A DNA stretch of 64,000 bases from Halothiobacillus sp. GTDB lineage: Bacteria; Pseudomonadota; Gammaproteobacteria; JAAZVP01. The stretch spans positions 3,466-67,465 of the forward strand of contig JAAZVP010000003.1 in assembly GCA_018623495.1 (NCBI GenBank), given 5' to 3'. The notes beneath the pieces were generated by a model, which worked only from the letters and a program-made list of their open reading frames with translations, was not told where the DNA came from and ran no database searches. Shown here piece by piece: positions 1 through 11,157 of this stretch; position 1 is the stretch's first letter; the number at the start of each line of letters is the position of its first letter. The position numbers and the translations under genes are program-made.

Positions 1-1164
1 GACCAGCGTGCTCTTGCCGCTGCCCGAGCGCCCCACCAGGGCCACGGTCTCGCCGGGCTCGATGGCCAGGTCGATGCCGTGGAGCACGGGCCCCTTGTCG
101 CGCTGGTAGGCGAAATACACGTCCTCGAGGACCAGCCGGCCCGCGGCCCGCTCCAGGGTCACCGCGCCGTGGTCCGGCTCGGTCTCCCAGTCGAGCAGCT
201 CGAAGATGCTCTCGCCGGCGGCGATGCCCTTCTGCAGCTGGGCGTTGACCGTGGTCAGGCGCTTGAGCGGCCCGAAGAGCATGGTCATGGCGGTGATGAA
301 GGAGACGAAGGTGCCCGGGCTGATGCGCTCGAGGTTGTCGCCGTGGGTGGCGAAGGCGATGATCCCGGCCAGCGCCACGGCCACCAGGAACTGGATGATG
401 GGCGTGGCCGCGGCATTGGTGGCCGCCATCTTCATGTGCTGGCGGCGGTTGCGCTCGTTGACCCGCTCGAAGTGGGCCTTTTCCTGGTCCTGGCCGCCGA
501 ACAGCTTGACCACGCGATTGCCCTCGATCACCTCCTCGACCACGTGGGTGACCTGGCCCATGGAGGCCTGGATGCGCCGGCTGATGCGCCGGAAGCGGCG
601 GCTGATGTAGGCCACCAGCCCGGCCATGATCGGCCCCACGACGACGATGAAGGTGGCCAGCGCGGGACTGAGATAGAACATCCAGGCGATCAGCGCGATC
701 ACGGTGAGCGAGTCGCGGATGATGGTGGTGAGCGCCTTGGTGGCCGCGTTGGCCACCTGCTCGACGTTGTAGGTGAGCTTGGAGAGCAGCTCGCCGGAGG
801 CGATGGTGTCGTAGTAGCCGGCCGGCAGGCGCAGCAGCTTGTCGAAGAGCTCGCGGCGCAGCTGCTTGATCACCCGGCGCCCGACCCAGGTCATGCAGTA
901 GCCGGAGAGGAAACCGGCGACGGCCCGCACGGCGAAGATCCCGATCAGGGCCAGCGGGATCAGGCGGATAGCCTCGGGGTCCTTCTCGACGAAGCTCTGG
1001 TCGAGCAGCGGCTTCATCAGGGCGGCGAAGCCGGTGTCGGTGAGCGCGTAGAGCGCCATGCCGACGATCGCCAGCCCGAAGATCTGCCAGTGGACCAGCG
1101 CGTAGCGCAGCAGTCGCCGGTAGGTGTCCCAACCGCCGGCCCGGAAGTCGGGCCCCTCGGTCAT
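1..1164 (-). CDS. msbA: Lipid A export ABC transporter MsbA (C-terminal part runs off the window start)
   Basis: Not in the ORF track; manual translation from ATG at 1164 gives MTEGPDF...YRRLLRY...GELLSKLTYNVEQV...PLKRLTTVNAQLQKGIAAGESIF...GETVALVGRSGSGKSTLV (Walker A). Start overlaps the exbD stop; exbB-exbD-msbA order is conserved. Confidence 0.95.
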   Translation of the reverse strand, partial: MTEGPDFRAGGWDTYRRLLRYALVHWQIFGLAIVGMALYALTDTGFAALMKPLLDQSFVEKDPEAIRLIPLALIGIFAVRAVAGFLSGYCMTWVGRRVIKQLRRELFDKLLRLPAGYYDTIASGELLSKLTYNVEQVANAATKALTTIIRDSLTVIALIAWMFYLSPALATFIVVVGPIMAGLVAYISRRFRRISRRIQASMGQVTHVVEEVIEGNRVVKLFGGQDQEKAHFERVNERNRRQHMKMAATNAAATPIIQFLVAVALAGIIAFATHGDNLERISPGTFVSFITAMTMLFGPLKRLTTVNAQLQKGIAAGESIFELLDWETEPDHGAVTLERAAGRLVLEDVYFAYQRDKGPVLHGIDLAIEPGETVALVGRSGSGKSTLV

Positions 1165-1580
1165 CCCTGCTCCCCGGTCCGGACGGTGGCGATGCGCACC
1201 CGCTCGATGCCCAGTTCGGCGGCCACGTCCAGGGCGCGGACCACCGCCTCGTGGGGCGCCCGGCCGTCGGCGCGGACCACCAGCGCGGGCTTCTCGATCC
1301 CCGCGGTGCGCTCGGCCAGCGTCCGGTGGAGGGTCTCGCGGCGGGGATTGACCAGCGCCTTTTCGCCGATGAAGTAGCGCCCGTCGGCACTCACCACCAG
1401 CTCCAGCGGCGCGGCCGGCTGCACCTCGCCGGAGGCGGCCTCGGGCAGCTCGATCTCCAGCGCGCTCTGTTCCTTGAAGGTGGTGGTCACCATGAAAAAG
1501 ATCAGCAGCAGGAACACCACGTCGATCAGCGGCGTGATGTTGACCTCGACCCGGCGTTCGCGGCGCTGGCGGAAATTCAC
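1161..1580 (-). CDS. exbD: ExbD/TolR family biopolymer transport protein
   Basis: GTG start at 1580; motif NITPLIDVVFLLLIFFMVTTTF; start overlaps the exbB stop. Confidence 0.92.
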   Translation of the reverse strand: MNFRQRRERRVEVNITPLIDVVFLLLIFFMVTTTFKEQSALEIELPEAASGEVQPAAPLELVVSADGRYFIGEKALVNPRRETLHRTLAERTAGIEKPALVVRADGRAPHEAVVRALDVAAELGIERVRIATVRTGEQG

Positions 1581-2191
1581 CGGCGCTCGCTCCCGGCCCC
1601 CAGCAGGGCGACCAGCTTGAGCGACTCGCGCTCCATCTCGATCACCAGCTCGTCCACCCGGCGCTGGAAGTAGCGGTGGAACATCAGGCTGGGGATGGCC
1701 ACGGACAGGCCGGCCGCGGTGGTGATCAGCGCCTTGGAGATGCCCGCGGCGAGGTCCTCGGGCTGGCCCACGCCGGCGGTGGTGATGGCGGTGAACACGT
1801 CGATCATGCCGATCACGGTCCCCAGAAGCCCCAGCAGCGGGGTGATCGCCGCCACCGTGCCGAGGGCATTGAGAAAGCGCTCCAGCTCGTGGGCCACGTG
1901 CCGGCCGGTGTCCTCGATGCTCTCCTTGACCACCTCCCGGCCGCTCCGGCGATTGGCCAGCCCCGCGGCGAGCACCCGGCCCAGAGGCGATTCCCGGCCG
2001 ATGGCACGTACCTGCTCGTCGTCCAGGCTGCCCTGCTTCCACAGTTCCCAGATCCGCGGCATCAGGTCCTTGGACAGCACGCGGGGCTGGTGCAGGGTCC
2101 AGAACCGCTCGGCGACGATACCCAGGGCGAGCACCGAGCAGGCCACGATGGGCACCATCAGCCAGCCGCCCGCGGCGATCAGTTCAAGCAC
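1577..2191 (-). CDS. exbB: MotA/TolQ/ExbB proton channel family protein
   Basis: GGWLMVPI...ERF and TPLLGLLGTVIGMI...GISKALITTAAGL motifs; GTG start at 2191 after GGAGAG. Confidence 0.92.
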   Translation of the reverse strand: MLELIAAGGWLMVPIVACSVLALGIVAERFWTLHQPRVLSKDLMPRIWELWKQGSLDDEQVRAIGRESPLGRVLAAGLANRRSGREVVKESIEDTGRHVAHELERFLNALGTVAAITPLLGLLGTVIGMIDVFTAITTAGVGQPEDLAAGISKALITTAAGLSVAIPSLMFHRYFQRRVDELVIEMERESLKLVALLGAGSERR

Positions 2192-2340
2192 GATTTCTCT
2201 CCGCTGCTGGAGTTGGCAAAGCCACAGAGTATACCCCGTACCCATGGGGGCCGTCCCGTGAGCGGGACGCGGCAACACGGTTCAAAAAATAGTAACATCC
2301 GGTCGAGACGCGGATCGCGCCGGAGAAAGAACCCCCTGCC

Positions 2341-3921
2341 ATGAACCTCTCTCTACCATTCAGGGATGCCCTCATCCGCTGGTTCGGCGTAGTGGTCCTG
2401 TTCCTGGTGCCGGTCACCATCCTCTTTTCCTGGCACTTCCCGGCCACCGTCAAGCAGCCGGCATGGCCGCCCTGGGACCTCAAGGTCCCCGCCCCGCCAC
2501 CCGAGACCCCCTCCGCCCTGGCCGAGGTCTGGCGAACCGGGGTCCTGGAGGTAGCCACCCGCTACGGACCCACCAGCTACTACCAGGGAGCCGATGGTCC
2601 CACCGGCTTCGAGCACGACCTGGTGGAGGCCTTCGCCGCCCACCTCGGCGTTCGCCCGCGTTTCGTCGTCCCCGACTCCCTCGGCGGCGTGCTGGAGGCC
2701 GTGACCGAGGGCGAGGCCGACCTCGCCGCCGCCGGGCTGACCATCACCGACGCGCGCCGGGAACGCCTGCGTTTCACCGACCCCTACCAGGCCATCAGCG
2801 TGCAGCTGGTCCACGCCCGCGACACCCCCGCGCCCGACCGGCTCACCGACACCTGCGGCGACTACATCCACGTGCTCGCCAACAGCTCTCACTTGGAGCT
2901 GATCGAGGAACGCGCCCGCGAGGATTTCTGCCTGCTGCCCCAGGCCCACTGCAACCTGAACATGGAAGAGCTGCTCGAGGGCGTGCGCGACGGGCGCTAC
3001 ACCTATGCCCTGGTGGATTCCAACGAGATGGCCGTGGTCCAGCACTTCTACCCGCAGCTCCGCGTGGCGCTGGAGCTGCACACCGATCGTCACCTGGCCT
3101 GGGCCTTTCCCCGGTCGGGCGATGACAGCCTGTTCCAGGCCGCCCAGTCCTTCATCGACGAGGCCCACCGGAGCGGCCTGCTGAACCGACTGCAGGAACG
3201 CTACTACGGCCACCTGGAGGAATTCGATTACGTCGGCACCCGGGAATTCATCCGCGACATCGGCGAACTGCTGCCCCGCTACGAGGACTGGTTCCGCACA
3301 GCGGCCGACCGGACCGGTCTCGACTGGCGGTTGCTGGCCGCCATCGGCTACCAGGAATCGCACTGGGAGGCCGACGCGGTCTCCCCTACCGGCGTACGCG
3401 GCATCATGATGCTTACCCAGGACACCGCCCGCCAGATGGAAGTCGACAACCGCACCGACCCGCGCCAGAGCATCCTCGGCGGGGCGCGCTACCTGCTGCG
3501 CGTGCGCGACAAGCTGCCCGAGCGCATCCCCGAGCCCGACCGCACCTGGATGGCGCTGGCCGCCTACAACGTCGGCTTCGGCCACCTCGAGGACGCCCGC
3601 AAGCTCACCGAGGGCCAGGGAGGGGACCCCGACCGCTGGCCGGACGTCCGCGAGCACCTGCCCCTGCTGGCCAAGAAACGCTGGTACCGGCACACCGACC
3701 ACGGCTTCGCCCGCGGCTGGGAGCCGGTGAACTACGTCGAGAACATCCGCATCTACTACGACATCCTCGTCTGGTTCAGCGAGAAGGCCCGCCGGCGCGA
3801 ATGGCTGGCGGAACACGGCCAGCTGGCCACCGGCGGCCCCACGGCCAGCGAGCGGGCCACCGGCGAGCGCCCCGAGTCCGCCCTCGAGGCCCTGCGCAAG
3901 CTCCTGCCGGCCTCGCTCTAG
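2341..3921 (+). CDS. mltF: Membrane-bound lytic murein transglycosylase F
   Basis: Solute-binding-like N-terminal domain (GFEHDL, AAAGLTIT) plus SLT domain (AAIGYQESHW, SPTGVRGIMMLT, ALAAYNVGFGHLEDAR). Confidence 0.93.
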   Translation: MNLSLPFRDALIRWFGVVVLFLVPVTILFSWHFPATVKQPAWPPWDLKVPAPPPETPSALAEVWRTGVLEVATRYGPTSYYQGADGPTGFEHDLVEAFAAHLGVRPRFVVPDSLGGVLEAVTEGEADLAAAGLTITDARRERLRFTDPYQAISVQLVHARDTPAPDRLTDTCGDYIHVLANSSHLELIEERAREDFCLLPQAHCNLNMEELLEGVRDGRYTYALVDSNEMAVVQHFYPQLRVALELHTDRHLAWAFPRSGDDSLFQAAQSFIDEAHRSGLLNRLQERYYGHLEEFDYVGTREFIRDIGELLPRYEDWFRTAADRTGLDWRLLAAIGYQESHWEADAVSPTGVRGIMMLTQDTARQMEVDNRTDPRQSILGGARYLLRVRDKLPERIPEPDRTWMALAAYNVGFGHLEDARKLTEGQGGDPDRWPDVREHLPLLAKKRWYRHTDHGFARGWEPVNYVENIRIYYDILVWFSEKARRREWLAEHGQLATGGPTASERATGERPESALEALRKLLPASL

Positions 3922-3940
3922 CCCCGCGGGGGACGGGCGG

Positions 3941-4642
3941 CTACCCGGCCCGTTCCCACTCCGCCGCGATCGCCTCCACGGCGGCCGCCGGGTCCTCGGC
4001 CCGGGTCACCGGCCGACCGACGACGATATGGGTCGAACCCGCCGCGCGTGCCTCGGCCGGCGTCATCACCCGCCGCTGGTCGCCCCGGGCCGCCCCGGCC
4101 GGCCGGATGCCGGGGGTGACCATCAACCCGCCGCCACCGAAGTGACGCGCGAGCGGGCCCGCCTCCCGGGCGGAACAGACCACGCCGTCGAGCCCCGCGC
4201 GCCCGGCCAGGCCGGCCAGCCGGTCGACCAGTTCTCCCACCGGCTCGGTGATCCCCAGCTCACCGAGATCCGCCTGTTCCATGGAGGTGAGCACGGTCAC
4301 CGCGATCAGGCGCGGCCGCTCGGCCCCCTCCCCCACTGCCTCCCGGGCCGCCTCCAGCATGCGCCGCCCGCCCAGGGCGTGGACGTTGAGCATCCAGACG
4401 CCCAGGTCAGCGGCAACGCGACAGGCACTGGCCACGGTGTTGGGGATGTCGTGGAACTTGAGATCGAGAAACACCTCGAAGCCGCGCGCGGCCAGCTGCT
4501 CGACGTAGCGTGGCCCGGCGGCGGTGAATAGTTCCTTGCCCACCTTCAGCCGGCAGAGCGACGGGTCGAGACGCTCGACGAGGCGGTCGGCGTCGGCGGC
4601 CGCGGGATAGTCCAGGGCCACCAGGATTCGCGGGTCGGACAT
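3941..4642 (-). CDS. pyrF: Orotidine-5'-phosphate decarboxylase
   Basis: [32 protein letters not shown] motifs; ATG at 4642. Confidence 0.97.
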   Translation of the reverse strand: MSDPRILVALDYPAAADADRLVERLDPSLCRLKVGKELFTAAGPRYVEQLAARGFEVFLDLKFHDIPNTVASACRVAADLGVWMLNVHALGGRRMLEAAREAVGEGAERPRLIAVTVLTSMEQADLGELGITEPVGELVDRLAGLAGRAGLDGVVCSAREAGPLARHFGGGGLMVTPGIRPAGAARGDQRRVMTPAEARAAGSTHIVVGRPVTRAEDPAAAVEAIAAEWERAG

Positions 4643-4673
4643 CAATTCTCCCTGCTGTGGGTCGTTGTCGGTT

Positions 4674-5813
4674 TCAGCCGCCGGGCTTGATCGAGGACCA
4701 GGACCGGCAGCCGGGGCAGCGCCAGTAGAGCTGGTGGGTCTCGAAACCGCACTGGCGACAGACGTAGCGGTTGTCCCGCCCGGCCAGCTCGCCGAGCATC
4801 CCCGCCAGCCGCTCGCGCAGGGGCGGCCCGATGCAGTGCTCCGGGGCGATCTCCACCAGCGTGCGGGCCAGGTCCGCCGAGGGCCGCCCCCCGAGGTGCT
4901 CCTCGAGCACCACCAGCGCGGTGTCGGCATCGCCTCTCTCCGCCAGCAGCCGCGCCCGGGCGGCGACCACCGACGGCAGGGGGTAGTCCTCGGCCCAGTG
5001 GTCGAGTTCGCGGATCGCCCCTTCGGGTTGCCCCAGCTGGCGATGGCAGGCGATCACCGGTTCGACGATCTCGGGCATGAAGGCCGCGTCCTGGCGCTCG
5101 ACCCGGCGGAACGCCTTGAGGGCCGCCGAGGACCGGCCCTCGGCCATGAACAGCCGCCCGCGCAGCAGGCTGGCCCGCACCGAGCCGCGGTCGGTCCCCA
5201 GCGCACGCCCGGCAAGCCCCAGCGCCTCGCCGGTCTCGCCCCGCGCGCGGGCGGCCTCGGCCAGCTCGCAGTAGTAGTGGGCGATGCGCGGCCCGGCGCT
5301 CTCCCCCGTCCGGCGCTCGAGCTGGCGCCCGGTGGCGATGGCCCGGTTCCAGTCCTTGCCACTCTCGTGCAGTTCGAGCAGGTGCTTGAGCGCCGTCTCG
5401 CCGAAGCGCTCGGAATCCTCCAGCTCGCGGTAGAGCCGCTCGGCCCGGTCGAGCCAGCCGATGCCCTGGAAGTCCCGCGCCAGTTCCAGCAGGCCGCGTT
5501 CGCGCTCGACGGCATCCAGGTCGGGCCGGGCGATCAGGTTCTGGTGGGCGCTGATGGCCCGCTCGATCTGTCCCAGGCGACGAAACTCGCGTCCCAGCAG
5601 GAAGTAGATCTCCGCCGAGCCGGGGTAGCGCTCCAGCAGCTCGGAGAACACGCCGACGGCCGAGTCGATCTCGTCGTCGAACAGGTACCTGAGCCCCTGC
5701 AGCAGTTCCGGCGGGTAGTCGCGTTGGCGCCGCTCGGGGGGCCGGCGCCGGCGTCGGGTGATCCACCAGGCCGCGATCAGCGGCACGGGGAGCAACCAGA
5801 GAAGTTCGATCAT
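4674..5813 (-). CDS. lapB: LPS assembly protein B (TPR repeats plus rubredoxin-like domain)
   Basis: N-terminal TM helix, [32 protein letters not shown]-terminal CRQCGF...WRCPGC; sits upstream of pyrF. Confidence 0.9.
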   Translation of the reverse strand: MIELLWLLPVPLIAAWWITRRRRRPPERRQRDYPPELLQGLRYLFDDEIDSAVGVFSELLERYPGSAEIYFLLGREFRRLGQIERAISAHQNLIARPDLDAVERERGLLELARDFQGIGWLDRAERLYRELEDSERFGETALKHLLELHESGKDWNRAIATGRQLERRTGESAGPRIAHYYCELAEAARARGETGEALGLAGRALGTDRGSVRASLLRGRLFMAEGRSSAALKAFRRVERQDAAFMPEIVEPVIACHRQLGQPEGAIRELDHWAEDYPLPSVVAARARLLAERGDADTALVVLEEHLGGRPSADLARTLVEIAPEHCIGPPLRERLAGMLGELAGRDNRYVCRQCGFETHQLYWRCPGCRSWSSIKPGG

Positions 5814-6034
5814 TGAACCAGGCCGCCGTGGATACGGAAAACGAGCCGGTGCCAGCATTCCCTGCCGTCACTGGTCCGACCGAGGGTTCGATACCGCATC
5901 GGACTCGAGCGGACGCGCTGTCTCCGGCGCTTCAACGCCTGCAGTATACGCCAGTGACGGATGCCCTGGGGAGGGCCGCGGGGAGGGTTGCCGGGGAACC
6001 GGCCGGGGAAGGAGGGGTGACGCCGACGTGGGCG

Positions 6035-6337
6035 TCAGTCGGGGGCATTCTCGGCGCCGGCGTCGTTGACCCGTTCACGCAACTGCTTGCCCGGTTTGAA
6101 ATGAGGGACGTACTTGCCCTTGAGGTGGACCGGCTCGCCGGTACGCGGGTTGCGCCCCTTGCGCGGCATGCGGAAATGCAGGGAAAAGCTGCCGAATCCG
6201 CGAATCTCGATGCGCTCTCCCTTGGACAGGGCCTCGCTCATCTGCTCCATGATGGTGCGTACCGCGATCTCGATATCCTTCTGCGGCAGGTGGTCCTGGG
6301 ACAGGGCCAGCGCCTCGATCAATTCCGACTTGGTCAT
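6035..6337 (-). CDS. ihfB: Integration host factor beta subunit
   Basis: [36 protein letters not shown]; follows rpsA. Confidence 0.97.
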   Translation of the reverse strand: MTKSELIEALALSQDHLPQKDIEIAVRTIMEQMSEALSKGERIEIRGFGSFSLHFRMPRKGRNPRTGEPVHLKGKYVPHFKPGKQLRERVNDAGAENAPD

Positions 6338-6430
6338 GATGCGAGCACTCGACGGGATCGTTGGGAGGGAACCCGCCGGCCGGCTGGCCGGCGGATCGAA
6401 CGTCCGTTGCGGACGGGACGGCGGCGAGGA

Positions 6431-8107
6431 TCAGTCCTCGTCGCGGTCCATCTCGGCCTTGAGGAGATCGCCGAGCGTGGGGGCAGCGGCAGAGGCTTCC
6501 CGCTTGAAGCTCTGGACCGCCTCTTTCTCTTCCGCCATGTCCTTGGCCTTGATGGAGAGGCTGACGCTGCGGCTCTTGCGGTCGAAGCCGACGATGCGGG
6601 CCTCGACTTGCTCGCCTTCCTTGAGGACGCTGCGGGCGTCTTCCACGCGGTCGCGGGAGATCTCGGAGGCCCGCAGGTTGCCCTTGACCTCGTCGGCCAG
6701 GTCGACGACCGCACCCTTGGGCTCCACCTCGGTGATGGTACCGGTGATCACGCTGCCCTTGGGGTGCTGGGCCATGTAGTTGGCCAGCGGGTCCTCTTCC
6801 AGCTGCTTGAGACCCAGGGAGATGCGCTCGCGCTCGGGGTCGACGGAGAGCACCATGGCCTCCACCTCGTCCCCCTTGGTGAAGTTGCGCACCGCTTCCT
6901 CGCCGGTCTCGGTCCAGGAGATGTCGGAGAGGTGGATCAGGCCGTCGATGCCGCCTTCCAGGCCGACGAAGATGCCGAAGTCGGTGATCGACTTGATCTG
7001 GCCCCGGATCTTGTCGCCCTTGTTGTGGGTCGCGGCGAACTGCTCCCACGGGTTGGCGCTGCACTGCTTCATGCCCAGCGAGATCCGGCGGCGCTCCTCG
7101 TCGATGTCGAGGATCATCACCTCGACCTCGTCGCCCACGGCAACCACCTTGTTGGGGTTGACGTTCTTGTTGGTCCAGTCCATCTCGGAGACGTGCACCA
7201 GGCCTTCGACGCCTTCCTCGATTTCCACGAAGCAGCCGTAGTCGGTGATGTTGGTCACCTTGCCGAACAGGCGGGTGGCCACCGGGTAGCGGCGGGACAG
7301 GTCCACCCACGGATCCTCGCCCAGCTGCTTGAGGCCCAGGGAGACCCGCATGCGCTCGCGGTCGAACTTGAGGACCTTGACCTCGATCTCGTCGCCGATG
7401 TTGACGATCTCGGAGGGGTGCTTGACGCGCTTCCAGGCCATGTCGGTGATGTGCAGCAGGCCGTCGACGCCGCCCAGGTCCAGGAAGGCACCGTAGTCGG
7501 TGAGGTTCTTGACGATGCCCTTGATGACCATGCCTTCCTGCAGGGTCTCGAGGAGCTTTTCGCGCTCGGCGCTGTATTCCTCTTCGACCACGGCGCGGCG
7601 CGAGACCACCACGTTGTTGCGGCGCGGATCGAGCTTGATGACCTTGAACTCGAGTTCCTTGCCTTCCAGGTAGGAGGTGTCGCGGATCGGCCGCACGTCC
7701 ACCAGCGAGCCCGGCAGGAAGGCGCGCAGCTCGTCGAGATCGACGGTGAAGCCGCCCTTGACCTTGCCGGAAATCTTGCCCTTGACGATCTCGCCGGCCT
7801 CGAAGGCCTCCTCCAGCTTCTCCCAGGCGCGTGCCTTGCGGGCACGGTCACGCGAGAGGATGGTCTCGCCGAAGCCGTCTTCCACGGCTTCCAGGGCGAC
7901 CTCCACCTGGTCGCCCACTTCCACGCCGATGTGACCGTCGAAGTCGCGGAACTCGTCCGCCGGGACCATGCCCTCGGTCTTGAGACCGGCATTGACGTAG
8001 ATGAAGTCCGGCGTGATGTCGGTCACTTCGCCCATGACCACGGAGCCAGGGCGCATCTCGGTATTCTTGAGGCTTTCCTCGAAAAGCTCGGCAAAACTTT
8101 CAGTCAT
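6431..8107 (-). CDS. rpsA: 30S ribosomal protein S1
   Basis: [12 protein letters not shown] start; repeated S1 domains ([29 protein letters not shown]). Confidence 0.98.
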   Translation of the reverse strand: MTESFAELFEESLKNTEMRPGSVVMGEVTDITPDFIYVNAGLKTEGMVPADEFRDFDGHIGVEVGDQVEVALEAVEDGFGETILSRDRARKARAWEKLEEAFEAGEIVKGKISGKVKGGFTVDLDELRAFLPGSLVDVRPIRDTSYLEGKELEFKVIKLDPRRNNVVVSRRAVVEEEYSAEREKLLETLQEGMVIKGIVKNLTDYGAFLDLGGVDGLLHITDMAWKRVKHPSEIVNIGDEIEVKVLKFDRERMRVSLGLKQLGEDPWVDLSRRYPVATRLFGKVTNITDYGCFVEIEEGVEGLVHVSEMDWTNKNVNPNKVVAVGDEVEVMILDIDEERRRISLGMKQCSANPWEQFAATHNKGDKIRGQIKSITDFGIFVGLEGGIDGLIHLSDISWTETGEEAVRNFTKGDEVEAMVLSVDPERERISLGLKQLEEDPLANYMAQHPKGSVITGTITEVEPKGAVVDLADEVKGNLRASEISRDRVEDARSVLKEGEQVEARIVGFDRKSRSVSLSIKAKDMAEEKEAVQSFKREASAAAPTLGDLLKAEMDRDED

Positions 8108-8259
8108 TGAATCCCAACCCAGGATGGTTTCTTGCACGCGAACCGGGCATCATCATTGCTCGGCCCGTCGTCCGTGACCGTTCGCGCGGTTGATTGCACA
8201 ACGCCGGCGGCCGCATTCCCGCGGCCACCGGCACCCCTTTCCGTCCCTCACCATAAAGG

Positions 8260-8961
8260 CTACGGCTGGACGTTCTCGCGGACGAGTTCCAGCACCTTGT
8301 CGAAGACTTCGTCGGCGCTCAGACGGCTGGAGTCGATCTGCACGGCATCCGGGGCGGGCACCAGCGGCGCCGTCTTGCGACTGGCATCGCGCTCGTCCCG
8401 TTCCCGGATTTCCTGCACAAGGTCGGTGAAATTAACATCGACCCCCTGTTCATTCAACTGTTTATAGCGCCTTTCGGCACGTTCTTCCGCGCTCGCGGTG
8501 AGAAAGACCTTGAGCGGGGCGTCCGGAAAGACCACCGTGCCCATGTCACGGCCGTCCGCCACCAGGCCCGGCGCCTGGCGGAACAGCCGCTGGCGCTCGA
8601 GCAGCGCCCGCCGCACCCGCTTGTGGGCCGCCACCCGCGAGGCGGCGTTGCCGGTCTTCTCGGTGCGCAACCGGCGGGAGACCTCCTCGCCCTCCAGATA
8701 GACCGCCTCGCCGTGTCCCGGCTGCACCGTGAAGCAGACATCCATGTCCTCGGCCGCGCGCGCCAGCGCCCGGCCGTCGTCGAGGTCGATGTCGTCGCGG
8801 ATCGCCGCCAGGGCCAGCAGGCGGTAGAGCGCCCCGGAATCGAGGAAGTGCCAGCCCAGGTGATGGGCCAGGCGCTTGGCGACGGTGCCCTTGCCCGAGC
8901 CGCTGGGCCCGTCGATGGTGACCACGGCTACGCTCTGGGCCGCCTTGTCATGCCGGTGCAT
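8260..8961 (-). CDS. cmk: Cytidylate kinase
   Basis: [32 protein letters not shown]. Confidence 0.97.
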   Translation of the reverse strand: MHRHDKAAQSVAVVTIDGPSGSGKGTVAKRLAHHLGWHFLDSGALYRLLALAAIRDDIDLDDGRALARAAEDMDVCFTVQPGHGEAVYLEGEEVSRRLRTEKTGNAASRVAAHKRVRRALLERQRLFRQAPGLVADGRDMGTVVFPDAPLKVFLTASAEERAERRYKQLNEQGVDVNFTDLVQEIRERDERDASRKTAPLVPAPDAVQIDSSRLSADEVFDKVLELVRENVQP

Positions 8962-10270
8962 CGCTACGCTCCTCGATGGTCAGGCCCGCTTCCCCGGCCA
9001 TGGCGACGAAACCGGGGAAGGAAGTGTTGACGTTGGTACAGTCGCGGATGGTGATCGGGCCCTGCGCCCGCAGCCCGGCCACGGCGAAGGCCATGGCCAC
9101 CCGGTGGTCGCCGTGGCTGTCCACGGTGCCCGCGCCGATGCGGCCACCGCGGATCACCATGCCGTCGGCGGTGGGCCGGGCGTCGACGCCCAGCTCGGCC
9201 AGGCCGTCGGCCATCACCTGGATGCGGTCGCTCTCCTTGACGCGCAGCTCCTCGGCGCCGGTGAGCACGGTCTCCCCCTCGGCACAGGCCGCGGCGACGA
9301 AGATCACCGGGAACTCGTCGATCGCCAGCGGCACCCGGTCCTCGGGGATGGCGATGCCGCGCAGGTCCGCCGGCCGCACCCGCAGGTCCGCCACCGGCTC
9401 GCCGCCCACCTCGCGCGGGTTCTCGCGGGTGATGTCGGCCCCCATGCGTTCCAGGATATCGAGGATCCCGGTGCGCGTGGGGTTGACCCCCACGTGCTCC
9501 AGCAGCAGTTCGCCCTCCCCGGCAATGCTCGCCGCGACGAGCCAGAAGGCCGCCGAGGAGATGTCGGCGGGCACGTCCACCGCGCCGCCTTCCAGCCGCC
9601 CGCCGCCCTGGAGGATGGCGGTGGCCCCCTCGCGGCGAACGGGGTAGCCGAAGCCGGCGAGCATGCGCTCGGTGTGGTCGCGGGTGGGCGCGGGCTCGGT
9701 GACCCGGGTTTCGCCCTCCGCGTACATCCCGGCGAGCAGCACGCAGGATTTCACCTGGGCGCTGGCCATGGGCAGCGCGTAGTCGATGGCCCGCAGCCGC
9801 TGGCCGCCGTGGATGGCGAGCGGCGGCAGGCCGCCCTCGCCGGTGTCGATCACCGCGCCCATGGCCCGCAAGGGCTCGGTCACCCGGCCCATGGGCCGCC
9901 GCGAGAGCGAGGCATCGCCGGTGAGCCGGGAGTCGAAGGCCTGGCCGGCCAGGATGCCGGCCATCAGGCGCATGGAGGTGCCCGAGTTGCCCACGTAGAG
10001 GTCCTCGCCCGGGGCCTCGAGCCCGTGCAGGCCGACCCCGCGGACGCGTACCCGGCCGTCCTCCGGGCCCTCGATCTCCACGCCCATGCGGCGAAAACAA
10101 CGCAGGGTGTTGAGGCTGTCCTCGCCCTCGAGGAAGCCGGTGATCTCGGTCTCGCCCTCGGCCAGGGCGCCGAGCATGATCGAACGGTGGGAGACGGACT
10201 TGTCCCCCGGCACCCGCAGGCGGCCCCGGACCGCACCGCCCGGTCGTACAACGTAGTCGATTCGGCTCAC
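8948..10270 (-). CDS. aroA: 3-phosphoshikimate 1-carboxyvinyltransferase (EPSP synthase)
   Basis: [50 protein letters not shown]; GTG at 10270 with GGAGAGG RBS. Confidence 0.97.
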   Translation of the reverse strand: MSRIDYVVRPGGAVRGRLRVPGDKSVSHRSIMLGALAEGETEITGFLEGEDSLNTLRCFRRMGVEIEGPEDGRVRVRGVGLHGLEAPGEDLYVGNSGTSMRLMAGILAGQAFDSRLTGDASLSRRPMGRVTEPLRAMGAVIDTGEGGLPPLAIHGGQRLRAIDYALPMASAQVKSCVLLAGMYAEGETRVTEPAPTRDHTERMLAGFGYPVRREGATAILQGGGRLEGGAVDVPADISSAAFWLVAASIAGEGELLLEHVGVNPTRTGILDILERMGADITRENPREVGGEPVADLRVRPADLRGIAIPEDRVPLAIDEFPVIFVAAACAEGETVLTGAEELRVKESDRIQVMADGLAELGVDARPTADGMVIRGGRIGAGTVDSHGDHRVAMAFAVAGLRAQGPITIRDCTNVNTSFPGFVAMAGEAGLTIEERSDAPA

Positions 10271-10272
10271 GC

Positions 10273-11157
10273 TCAACCCTCTCCCTCGCAGAATCGGTCC
10301 CGGGCCTGCTTGGCCCGGGCGAAGGTACTCAGCATCGCCTCGCCATCGCCATCGCGGATGTGTCCGGCGAGGGCGTCCAGTTCGTCGCGGAAACGCGCCA
10401 CCATCCCCAGGATCTCGTCGCGATTGGCCAGGCAGATGTCGCGCCACATCACCGGGTCGGAGGAGGCGATACGGGTGAAATCGGAAAAGCCGCCGGCGGC
10501 ATAGCGAAAGATCTCGCGCTGCTCGTCCATCGCCGCCAGGCAATCCACCAGGGCGTAGGCGAGCATGTGCGGCAGGTGGCTGGTGGCGGCGAGCACGTGG
10601 TCGTGGTGCTCGGGGGCCATCCGCTCGACCGCCGCGCCCGCGGCGTGCCACATGGCCTCCACCCGGCGTACCGCCGCCGGGTCGTTGGCGGCCACCGGGG
10701 TGAGCAGCACCCGCCGCCCGCGAAACAGCCCGCCCTCGGCGGCCTCCGGTCCGCTGCGCTCGCGCCCGGCGATGGGGTGCCCGGCGACGAAGCGCCCCGC
10801 GGCCGCGCCCAGGCGCTCCCGGGCCTCGGCCACCACGCTGGACTTGACGCTGCCCACGTCGGTGATCACCGCCTCGGCCGGGGCCGCTTCGGCCACCTCC
10901 CCGAGCACCGCGGTCATGGCCCGCATGGGTACGGCAAGCACGATCATGTCGGCGCCTTCCACCGCCCCGGCGACGCTGTCCGCGGCGCGGTCGACGAGTC
11001 CCAGCGCCCGGCCCTCCTCGAGGTGGTCCGGGTTGCGGTCGAAACCCACGATCTCGCCGCAGTAGCCGGCCTCGCGCAGGGCCAGGGCCAGCGAGCCCCC
11101 GATCAGGCCCACGCCCACCAGGGCCAGCCGGTCGATCCCCCGCCGGCCGCCGCTCAC
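10273..11157 (-). CDS. tyrA: Prephenate/arogenate dehydrogenase
   Basis: GVGLIGGS, TDVGSVK, GHPIAG, HDHVLAATSHLPH, GGFSDFTRIASSDPVMWRDI. Confidence 0.93.
   Translation of the reverse strand: MSGGRRGIDRLALVGVGLIGGSLALALREAGYCGEIVGFDRNPDHLEEGRALGLVDRAADSVAGAVEGADMIVLAVPMRAMTAVLGEVAEAAPAEAVITDVGSVKSSVVAEARERLGAAAGRFVAGHPIAGRERSGPEAAEGGLFRGRRVLLTPVAANDPAAVRRVEAMWHAAGAAVERMAPEHHDHVLAATSHLPHMLAYALVDCLAAMDEQREIFRYAAGGFSDFTRIASSDPVMWRDICLANRDEILGMVARFRDELDALAGHIRDGDGEAMLSTFARAKQARDRFCEGEG

Noticed and set aside
79-1377. 432-aa plus-strand ORF
   Set aside because: Antisense to msbA, which the ORF track missed because it is truncated by the window.
6373-6394. GC hairpin between rpsA and ihfB as a terminator
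   Set aside because: No U-tract on the coding strand, so it cannot be called a terminator with confidence.
5813-8110. 765-aa plus-strand ORF, and similar long ORFs at 16418-18517, 20985-23468, 28152-30839, 35460-37898 and 37996-40398
   Set aside because: Antisense shadows of well-recognised genes; high-GC codon bias leaves the reverse frame free of stops.
10268-10275. Possible frameshifted tyrA-aroA fusion
   Set aside because: tyrA has a clean stop and aroA has its own GTG with a strong RBS, so these are two separate genes.
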